Positions 33,301 to 45,300 of a stretch of DNA of 64,000 nucleotides are shown one piece after another (position 1 is the stretch's first letter; each line of letters begins with the position of its first letter). A program made the position numbers and the translations under genes. This DNA is from a virus (lineage: Duplodnaviria > Caudoviricetes), in IMG/VR virus record IMGVR_UViG_3300026270_000004, positions 1-64,000 of that record. One strand, written 5' to 3'. Below the pieces are notes generated by a model. The model saw nothing but the letters and a program-made list of their open reading frames with translations. It ran no database searches and was not told where the DNA came from.

Positions 33301-36300
33301 TTACCACTAGCAGGGTCAGATGATCTTGGATATGCATGATCTGATGATTGACTATCTTCATCACAACGGAATGTAAATGCACCATCAGCAAGAAGAAGCA
33401 TATCACCATTCTTAACAGGATGACCATTAAGAGTGATTCTCATGGTACCTGTAGAAGGAGTGAATGTAGCACCACTAGGTGTCATCGTGCTATGGTTACC
33501 AAAGCTATTGCTCATGGTAACTTCCATAGTACCAGCAGTAGGATTGTAAGTTATATTTGTAGGACTATGTGAAGTCTTACCTACTTCATGGATAGGAATA
33601 TTTGTATCGAAGAAGTAATCCTTCTTATGAGTAATGCAGTTTGCATCAGCACTTACGAAAGCATGAATTGTAGTATTTGTTGAAGGTACTACATCTAATA
33701 CTTCTACGCTAAATGTATGAGAAGTGACATCATGAATCATTATCCACTTACCACTTACAGGGTCAGTAGATCTTGGATATGTGTGGTCGGTAGCATTGCC
33801 ATCCTTAGCACATGTGAATGTCAAGGAGTCGTCAGCAATCTTAATGTAAGTATGTGGAATGAATCCATGATTAGGAACAGTAAACTTAAGATGTCCTAAA
33901 TTAGGATCGTAAGATACATCAGTTGGTGTATGAGTTGTACCAGGTCTAGGATATGAATGGTTAGATGAATTTCCATCAGCACCACAAGTAAATGTTACTG
34001 CACCTTCGTCTAGTCTGATAGAATCTCCAGCATGACGTAGAGCACCAACAGTAGAAGTTGAGTAAGTATGATCGTAAACACCACCACTTACAATCTGTGC
34101 TCTAGTAATGCAGTTACCAACAGCACTAGAGAATAGATGAGTTGTTGTGTTACTCTGAGGAATAACTGTGTTAACTGTAACATCGAATGTGTCTTCAGTA
34201 ACACCATGTACTTTCAACCATGATCCAGAAGCAGGATCACCAGGACGAGGATAAGCATGAGTAGTCTGATGATCATCTAAAGCACATGTTAATACTATGC
34301 CATAATCATCGATCTTAATCATGTCACCATTTTCAAATTTATGACCAACGATTGTTATTGTCATAACACCTGTAGTAGGATTATGATTAACGTTTGTTGG
34401 AGTATATCCTGGGTTAGGAATGTAGGTATGGACACTCTGATCTGAGATCGCACCATCACCAACGTTAAGTGTTATAGTGCCATCTCTCTTAGTAATTCCA
34501 TTTGCAACAGCAGACGCAAATACGTGAGTTGTTGTGTTAGTGGAAGGAGCATATGATAATACTTGTACGTCAAATGTATTAGCAGTTAAATTAGATCCTA
34601 ATACAGGTTGCCATCTATTTGCATATGGGTCAGTTGCACGAGGATATGCATGATCACTACCTTGTCCATCTTGATCACAACGGAAGACTAATGAATTAAT
34701 AGCAAACTTAACATCATCACCTTCTTGCAATCCATGAGGATTAGCAGTAGTGATGGTCATTATACCTGTAGTTGGATTATATGATGTACCACCAGTAGCA
34801 GTCATTGGTGTGCCATCGTATAGCACTTCTATTGATGTGTTATAGAATGGGTCATTACCATTAGCACGTGGATAATAGTGGTAACTATTATTAGCATCTA
34901 AGAAACATGTGAAGTTAATAGACTCAGTTGCTAGTCTTACACTTTGTCCTCTTCTTAGATTGTGATCACCAATAGTAGCAACTAACTGACCGTTAGCAGG
35001 AGTAAATGTAGCAGCAGAAATTGTAAATGGTATTGTAGGTGTTCTACCAACATATAGATCGAATGAATCCTTAGAAACGTTTCTAACATCCATCCACTTA
35101 CCACTCATCGGATCTGTTGATCTAGGATAAGCATGAGTTGTTGCATGGTTATCTTGACTGCATGTGAATGTTACTCCACCGTCAGCAATCTTAACGTAAT
35201 CTCCTTCAGCAAAGTTGTGGTCAGCAACGGTCAATCTCATTAAACCAGTTTCACCGTTAAATTCACCACCAGTAATATTATGAATACTTTCTCTACGGAA
35301 GAAATGCTTTCTATCAAGTGTCATACTTAATAGACCATCAGCAGGAGTAAATGCAGCACCAGTAAGACCGTATGTTACTTGAGGTGTTGTACCAACATTA
35401 ACAGTTATAGAATCTGAAGTAACAGCAGTAATTGCTATTGGCTCATTATGTACTGGATCTTTAGGTCTTGGATATGAGTGCTTAGTAGCATGGTCATCCA
35501 TATCACAAGTAAATGTCAAGCTTCCTTGTGACAGTTTGATATGTGTTCCAACTGCTAAACTATGTGATCCAATTGTTAATGTAAGAGCACCAGTAGTGGA
35601 GTTGAATGTAGCAGCAGAAGGTGTAAATCCTTTGATTGGAGATGGACCAACATTAACAGTAAACCAACCATCTTCCTGATTAGACTCAATAACATCTAAC
35701 CACTTACGTGTAGCAGGATCAGAAGATCTAGGATACACATGATCACTATAATGGTTATCCATTGAGCAAGTAAATGTCATGGAATTTTCCATGATCTGAA
35801 TCTGCTCACCAGGGGCAATCTTATGTCCAGATACTGTTAGTTTTAAAATACCAGTATATGCATCATATTCAGCATAAGTTGCAACATGGGTAGAAGCACC
35901 AACGAAACGATGCTGACCGATCTCCATTTCTAAATGACCAGTATTCTGATCGTAAGTAGCATTAGAAACGTCATACTCAACTTTAGGAGTAGATCCAACG
36001 TTAACTGTAAATAGATCCTTACTCTCAACAGATTCAACTAATAACCACTGATCACCAGCTGGATCTTTTGGTCTTGGATATCCATGCTTAGTAGCATTAT
36101 TATCTTGAGCACATGTGAATATTAAAGATCCATTTTCAATTCTTATTTGATCACCAGTCTTAAATCCGTGGTCATCAATCTTAATTCTTAATACTCCACT
36201 ATCAGGATCGTATGATGAATCTTGTGCAGTATGAACTGAATGCGATGACATTCCATGATCAGGAATAGTCAATCTCATAATACCTGTATCAGGATTGTAA

Positions 36301-39300
36301 GTAGCATCAGTTGCCTTATGATCAGTACCGTATGTTTCTAATACTTCAATAGTAGTATTACCAGCAGGATCACCAGATCTAGGATAAGAATGAGTTGTAG
36401 CATTATTATCTTGATCACAAGTGAAGTTAATGGAGTTGGTCTTCAATCTAAGGAATGTACCCTCTGTATGATTGTGTGATCCAACATTCATTATTAAATC
36501 ACCAGTACTGGAATCATATGCAGCAGATGTGCAGTCATACTTGATAGTAGGAGCAGGACCAACATTAACTGTAAATGTATTAATGTTAGCAGGCTCACCA
36601 GCAGCAATACTGTCTCCACCTTGGATACCATATCCAGAGTAATCTGTTCCAGCAAATTGTCCAGGAGCAGAGTAAAGACCTGTATATCCACCACCTTGAG
36701 TTTCAGCAGATCCAACAGATACACCGTCAATCCATAACTCAACTCTACCTTTACCAGCACCTTGGTTACCACCAACGTTGATCTGCCATACTAATTCATG
36801 ATCTCCATCATCGAAGTAAGATGATAGGTTGCTGATCTGTAGATCAAGCATTGCTAATCCACTCTCAGTATGACTAGCACCACCAGAATATGAGTTAGCA
36901 CCATTACCAGCACGAAGTCTTAAATATGTGCCATTATCTCTAATACCTAACCATGAACCAGCACCAGTTCCACCTGCTTCCCAGATGGTGCCATCAATAG
37001 GACTAGATGCTAATTTAGCAATACAACGGAATACAGCATCTTCAGTAGTTACTATACCAGTGCCACTATCAGTTGTAGAAATCTTATCTTCACCAACCTT
37101 GAAGGATCTAGTAATAATATTATTATCTTCACCTTCTATTGGACCATCTTCATCAGAATTGAATAGTGAAGTTACAGGTCTTGGGACAGCATTATAGAAT
37201 CTTTGATCTACTTCCCAACCAGCATTATTACTGATTACCTGACCCTTCATTGCACGGATTGCAAATTCCTGTGCTTTATTAATAATCCAAAGAGATTCAG
37301 TAGGAGCGTTAGTAACGTGATCTAAGTTACCATTATAATTGGTATAAAACTCAGATGCATACTGAAGCATATTAGTACCACCATACTTGAGGTTGAATAT
37401 CATCGCTCTCAATATGTCAGTAACGTCATGCACACAGTTAACAGGACCGCCAGGAATTGCTAAGTTAGGGAATTGGACTAAACCAGCAGCAACTGCTTGC
37501 TCTGCAATGTATCTAATGTTTCCATCGATAGCATCACCACACTCAGCAAATAACTTATCTTTAGGATTCTGATTGTAACTTTCAACATTACTTGCTCCAT
37601 CACCTTGCTCCATATCATAATCTTTACCAAATGCATTACGCATTGTGCAAGTTAAGATATCTCTTAGAAGCTTAACTACAGTAATAGATGCTTCCCATTC
37701 AGTCTCAATATGCTTAAGTGAATTATTTTCTGTCTCAACATATAATGCAGCAGCATCCCATACTTTCTCATTACAGTCGAAACGTATGTCATGAACCATT
37801 GCTTCGATCATGTCTAAGACATCATCTTCACAGTTAACATGACCATCAGGAATCATTAGGTTTCCATACTTAGAAAGGTCATTCATTATGCTGACACATT
37901 CTTTAGCGATGACTGCTCTGTTATTCCAGATCATATCAGCAGCATCAAGATACCTATCATTGTTTGCTCTATTCTGGTTGTTAGGATATCCTTCAGTATC
38001 CTTAACGATTTCAGAATCTCTATATGCTGCCTTAGAAGTCCAGATAGGAGTGTAATATTCTTCATGTGCCCATGCAGCAGCATTTAGTGCATTACCATCG
38101 TTATCTAATAGTGCACCAGCAACTTCACCAGGAGACATTAGAAGGTTATTAATTGCCTTCATAGCAAGCATCTTAGTATAATCAAATGCATCATTCAATG
38201 CAGCAAGCTCATGCTCAACATGGAGGATATTCTTTTGATCATCAAGATACTTGTCAATAACAGCTTGAGTCTGGAATGTACCACCAGTAACTAAGTCAGC
38301 AATTACACCAGGAATAATGAAGTCCTTGATATCTCTCTCACAATATGGTTGACCATATCCAGGCATTTCAAGGAAGTCAAAGACAACACCATCAATAGTT
38401 TTCTGATACTTGTCTTGAATATATCCAGCAACTTCTTCTGCAATGTAATCTCTATTCTTCCAAAGTTGGAATCCACCTTCTCTGAATCTCTGATCATTAG
38501 GTGCAATAACCTTAAGAAGATCAGTCATCAAAGTATCAACTTCATCTTGAACTGCCTGTGAAGCAGGAGATGCAAAGTTGTTAGGTATTCTATATCTTGT
38601 AGTATATGTGCCTGTTAGAGTTGCACTAGTTGTAGTGATTATTTCCTTAGTAAGTTTTGCTACTTCATTCCAAACATATAGAGATTGTAGAATCTCTTCT
38701 CCAATGAAGTCTAACTTACCACCAACTGTTAGATAAGTCCTAGCAGTATAGATTGTATGATAGTTACCACCTTCTCTAAGGTCTTTAATTAGAGCACCAA
38801 GGATATAGTCCTTAGTATCTCTGATACATGTATCAGTACCACCATAACTGTTTTGAGCAGGGACATCACCACGAATGTTGAAGTCACTAAATGCTGCCTT
38901 CATTCGACCCACTGCTTCTTCAGCAATGTAAGCACCGTTAAGGTCGATGATATCAGCACAGTCTCTATATTCCTGACGACCTAAATCAACGTCCTCAGCA
39001 ATAATTGCTAATCCTTCATAATCGATTCTCTTAGAAGTTGTAGCAGATGATCTCTGACCACTATACTTAGCGTATACTTCCTCAGTAGACAATATAAATG
39101 GTGCTTCACCATCTAGACCAAATACGATATTAGGATTATTATAATCTACCTGAGTAGGTGCAGTGAATCCAGTTGTATAAGCACCGATACCCTTCCAGAT
39201 GCAAACGTTATCAACGTGTCCAGACCAATGAGTAGCACCGTTAAAGTCTTGACCAACGTAACATGCAGCATAGAGGTAATCGTTAGTATCAGCAACGTTT

Positions 39301-42300
39301 CCACCAAGTTGAGCACCGTTAATATACAACTGAGTAATTCCGTTGTTTCTGCTAACTGCAATATGATGCCATGTACCAGTTGTAGTAACTACGTTACCAC
39401 TGGTTAATAATTGAGTAGTGCCATTATAAACCTTAATTGCTTGTGCATCTTGGACAATTCTTAAACCTTGAGCAGCACTTAAACGACGGAAGTCAAATAG
39501 TGTTTGCAGGGTTGTATTTGTAGCAGAACGGAACCAACCTTCAATTGTGAAGTCTCCAGTTCCGAAAGCATAGTCATAAGAAGCAGGACTGCTTAATGCA
39601 CCATTAGTAGGAATATAGATGGATTTAGTACCACTTAATTCTGCTTTCTTAACAATTACACTTTGAGTGCAATTAGTGAAAGTTAGAGTAGAGTTAGTGA
39701 TATATTCACCTGCTTGGAATACTCCAGTCACAGGACCAGCAAACAACCACTTAAGACCAGAATTAACTCCAATTGCTTGGAATAGTGCTCCAGAAGTCAT
39801 ACCCTTGATCTGGTCACCCATTACGAATAAACCAGTTGACTTATCCTTATAACCGATCTTAGTTGTCCTGATAGTTTCATTTGCTTCAAATGTACCATCA
39901 GTAACAGCAAGAGCATTAACATTGGTTAAATTACCTGCTGTCATTGCAGTTGTAGCAATCGCTCTCAGAGTGTCAATATAAGACTTAACATTGGCACAAT
40001 TGTTGATATCTTGGTTATTACCAGATGCATAGTTAAGATCGTAGTTATTAGCAGGAGCAACACCACCAGTGTAAGTAGTAGGATCATTAAGGTTATATCC
40101 CTGTCCAGAGAGATCCTTCCAATACATTAGGTTATTAATCGCTCTATGCATGAATGTGCCAGCAGCAGTAAATGCATGAACTGCTTCTGCCTCTTCTCCA
40201 ACAATACCGTTAGTTAGAGGTGTGCCATCTTCATTAAAGAATTTTTTAGTAAATTCAACTGTATTGAAGTTACCACCTTGTCCAACATCATTAGCAATAG
40301 CATCAATCATGTATCCAAGGTCTCTTCTGCACTTCTCTTGGTGTGGTGAGTATGTGCCACCTGCTTCGACAGGAAGATCATTTAGACTTGCATTATTCAA
40401 TGCTTCATCGATAAACTGATGTAGAGTTGTAATTGCTGCTTGAACGTCTGAGCAATTGTCAGAATCAGTATTATCAGCATTAGATCCAGCAGTACCGTAA
40501 GGATTGCCAGGTGAAGGGTCAGCAGTGATTGTAAGGTCTTGATATGCAGTCCAAGAGTCACCAGAGTTAACAGCACTGATTGTTCCTGAATATCCGTTTG
40601 CAATCGCAACATTCATGCGATCTTTTGCTTTTTCGTAAGCATACTTGGTTTCTGCAACCTCAGCATTAACATAAGTGAATGTTCCGTTTTCGTCGAAGTA
40701 TTGTTGGACAAACTTACGAGCATAGCGGTTTCCACCAGCATAGATGTCTATAGAAATTGCATCGATGAAATATTCAAGATCTCGCTTACATTTCGCATCT
40801 GAAGGAATTGAAGAAGAAGGATATTGCGTTTTCATGTCATCAAACGCCATTCCAGCAATCATTGCCTTATTCTTCTGAATCATCCTGTAAGCGTCTTTAA
40901 ATCGACTCCAGTTGTTAGTAATAACGTCGGAGGGGAAATAGTAGTCTGGATAGTCAATTGCAATTGCTGCTTCTGCAAAATCGATGATTTCTTGCTTATT
41001 ATTAGAAATATTACGTCTTGCATCAAGGAATCTGTTTGCAGCGATTCCGTGGAAGGTAGAAATTGGATTTCCGTAAAATGCCTTCTTATTACGAATAACC
41101 ATTCCATCAGTAAGAGTACCACCACTTAATTGACTATAAGTGACCTCAGTAGTCCTAACTTGCTCAAAATTCAAGAAGTCAGCATTAATTCTATTCTCAG
41201 AGTTATAGAGCTCAGTAGGAGTGATAGAAGATTGTGAAATATCATCTAAGATGACATTGGGGTTAGTTAGTGAAACTAAACGCTCAAATAGTAATCCAAA
41301 GAATGTTGTTCCCTTGTTAATGATTAATTCATCAACAACTTCACCATTAATAGGATCTTGATAAGGAGCAATGTATGTAATCTGGCCTGCAATTCCTGAT
41401 GAGGCAGAATAAATGTACTCGTTAAGTTTAAAGTCAAAGATACCAGTCTCAAACCTAGGAGTACCTGAAGTCTTACTTACAACCACTCTATCAGTTACAT
41501 TACCCTGATTATCTACGTTAGTCTCTTCAATGTATGCAGTGTCACCATCAAGGTTGGTAAGTGATTCACCAAACTCAAATATGGTAGGAGTATTAAGAGG
41601 GGTAACTGACTCGATCAATGCAGCGAATAATTCACCTCTCTTGATTTGCTCATTAAGTTGGAATGTGCCACTTACGTTAATAACGTCAATGTGGTTAGTA
41701 CCTGAATCAATAACAGTACCAATGACATCTGATAGAGCACCTTGGACTTGTTGTCCTAATGTTGGGAAGATACCATAGTTAGATCCACCACCATCATTGT
41801 AAAGTGCAATTCTGTAAATGGTAGTAGGAGTAACAGATAGAGTCCTATAGTTAACCTTAGATGGTGGTTTAGGTGGCTCAGCAAATACTAAGTTACCACC
41901 AACGATCTGATAAGAAGTACCAGGTGACTGAATGATACCATTCAGAGTTATCATCAACTGGTCTTGCTTAACGATTACAGTTTCACCCTCAACAGTAATT
42001 GGGAATGACTTCTTAATACCATCAAACTGATCTTGGACGTTATCCATCTTCTTAACAATAGAAGTTAAGATTTCCTCAGAAGATGTTAGACGCTTCTTAC
42101 GGAAGAGAACCTCAGTATTGTTGTAGTCAGTATAGATTGGTTGAGCAGCACCGAATGATGTAATCTGGTTTACATTACTATAGTTGTTAATATTAACCTT
42201 CTTAGTAAACTCAGTACCAATACGTCTTCCAGATACGTCCTTACCACCAGTCAGTTGTAACTGACCAAACATATTGAAACCAGCAGGGTGGTTATTTTCT

Positions 42301-45300
42301 AATACCTGTGTCTTCCATTCTGTAATAGGAATCTCAGACTGGACAACATATGAGAAGTTCTGGTAGAAGAAACTATCTTGAATCTTCTGGACAATCTCAG
42401 ATGGTTTACCAACGTCATCAATAAATCGGCCTGGTGTCTTCGTTAGGGAGCCGATATTCAGCACACCACGTGCTATTGAGAAGTTATCGATAATACCAGA
42501 TGCTTTAGATATCTCACCTGTTACCTTCTCTCCTTCTGCCCAGTCACCAGTATAATCAACGATCTTAAGAATCTTAGGACCAATCTGCCAACCAGTGTTA
42601 GTAGAAACCTTACCTCTTGCAGTAGAAGTTTCAGTAGAAGATCCTTGGAATACTTCTTCTCCTTCTAAGAATCTTGAAGTCTCGATAACAGCAACTGCTT
42701 TACCACCGAATACTTCAGTTAGAAGTGTCTGTCTACCAGATCCTTGAGTTAGGAAGGTAATATAAGATCCACCTTGTGCAGCAGCTAAAGTAAGACCAAA
42801 TCTCAACTGGTCACTTTCCAAACCAGCTGCTTCACCAGCAATAGCATAGTAAGTCTGTCCTTCAACCAAACTGGTTAAACCTGCGGTAGATGGTTTTGGT
42901 AATTCACCTTCTGTGCTACCAATATCATCTGCTCTAAACTGGACTTCAGCACCAGTGGTAATACCATGTGGGAAGTTAAACTGTAGGTAGTTAAGGTCTA
43001 AGTTAACAACGTAGTTAAATTCTGATTTTAGAGTAACATCAGGTTCTGATGAGTACCCAGCACCACTGTTTTTAATGATAATTTCACTAAGACGATTATT
43101 CTTAACAATTGCTTCTGCATCAGCACCTGATCCACCACCACCTTCGATTACAACAGCAGGAGTAGAAGTATATCCAGAACCTGGGTCAGTTATCTTAATC
43201 TGACTTAGTATTGATGTATTGAAGAGTTGTAAGTTAACAGGGAAGGTAATCTCTGGTTTTAGAGTATAGTCATGTGAATAACCGAAACCAAATTCATTAT
43301 TCTTCAGTCTCTTAATCTTACCAATATTAGTACCTGTTAAGAATACAGATGCACCAGATCCTTCTTCAGGAATAACAACAGTTACAGATCCACCAGAACC
43401 TGCAAGAGTTGCTCCTAAGATACCAGGAATAGAATCTATGTCAATAGATGCAATAGTATAACCTTTACCTGGATCTGCTACAGCAACACCAGTAATAGTT
43501 CCTGATCCAACCTCAGCATCAAATTCAACAGTAACGGTTGCTTTACCACCTTCACCGTCTCCAGCTATAGGGACTTCATAGTATACACCAACAGCATATT
43601 CAGTACCTCCATCATTAACAACAACCTTCTCAACTTGTCTGAAGGATGCAATGTCACTAATGATAGGTAACTTCTGATAGAAACCACCAGCAGATACTAG
43701 TTTAATAGTATTGATCGGTCCAACTGCTCTTACAGAAGTAGTTGAATAGTATGAGTAGACATTATCAAATGGGTCAGTGCCTACCTCAGCATTTAATCTT
43801 TCAGGTTCCTTATCTAATCTGAATCTAAACTCAGTATCACTTAGTATCTCAGTTACCTTAAATGTACCTTGGAATGGTGTAGTAATAACATCAATGAATG
43901 AGTTATCACCAACTGGAGAATCAGCACCAGTCCTTGATGGATCAAAGTAGTAAGAGATGTTAGTTACATCACCCAATACAGAGAACTTAACGAATGGATA
44001 ATTATCTCCACCAAGAGGAATACCTGGTGTGCCAGATCTTGTAATATTATTAAATGAGTATTCTAGTTTATACTGGTTATCTTGTGAGAATGACAAGTAA
44101 TAACCGAAGTTAGATGTATCAGATAAGTCGAAGACATACTGATGATTTCTAGTAAACTCTAGAGTTGGGTGCTTCGCATAGATGTTAACATTATTAATAG
44201 CATTTGAATTAAATGCAGGGTCACTTACAGCAACATCTCTAATACCATATGTAAATTCTCTAGATCCAATTATCTGATCGATGAAGAATGATCCATTGAA
44301 TTGATCACCTTGGAATCCTTCAGTGAAGATAATATCTCCAGCATCGAATCCATGAGCATCATTAGATGTGCAATATACTAGATTTGTCCTTGTGCTATTA
44401 GTCCTAATAATATCCTTCTCAAGACGTGCAGTAACACGAATCTTCTTAACAGATGCAAATCCAGAAATAACTACACTCTTCTGATCATCTGCCTCAGTTA
44501 TATTACCAGCATTGATAGAAATAACGTCTTCTGGAATGTATAGTGAACCAGGTTGAATCTCTACAATCTGGACTGTATAATTGTTACCTAGGTCATATGG
44601 AAGAGTTCTAGCAAAATCACTAATTGGTGTTGAAGTAGATTCCCATGTCCATGTAACACCACCGTCAGTATCAGCACCAGTAGTATGTGTTGGAGGAGTT
44701 GTGCCTGATACACCAGCACCACCTGCACCTACAACATATACATTTAACTTATGCCATACTTTCTGTCCTACAACATATAGAATACCTGAATCCCACTCTG
44801 GCATATCAGAGTCAAGATACTGAGGCATTGGGTATGGATGCTGAGTTAGATCAACAGTAAACTTACCTGCATCATCTATAAATGCCCAGTTGATTACGCC
44901 ATCACTTTGGACACCACCAGTATGTACTGGAGGAATAGTACCAGTAGTACCTGTGCCTTGTGATTGGAAGATCTTTTTATCATAATACCTTCTTTCACCA
45001 GTGGTTACTGCTACACCTGCTGCCCAAGGTATCTCTGGTTCTTCAACATTAAAGTATGATCCAGAAATCTGGTTTACATCTCCAACATCAGTTTTAAAGA
45101 GATCAGTATTATTAAAGGTACCGTATATCTTACCAACCTGATACTTGTTACCCATTCCAGGGTTGAGTAAATCATACTCATTTGGACAACCAACAATAGT
45201 ACCATATGCACTAACAACTTGACCTGAGAGAGTATTAGTATACTGTTGAATTATAGAATTCTTTGTAAGTTTAACATCTTGGTTGAAAGTAAATTCAAGG

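Noticed and set aside
28110-36581. Nested modules as inteins or self-splicing elements
   Set aside because: Module ends lack Cys/Ser-1, the TxxH block and the terminal His-Asn-Cys/Ser/Thr. The conserved Cys is internal and there is no endonuclease motif. An unknown processing chemistry cannot be excluded but has no support.
28110-36581. Scrambled repeats as an assembly artefact
   Set aside because: Copies are highly diverged at DNA level, the frame stays open, and the segments balance exactly, which misassembly would not produce.
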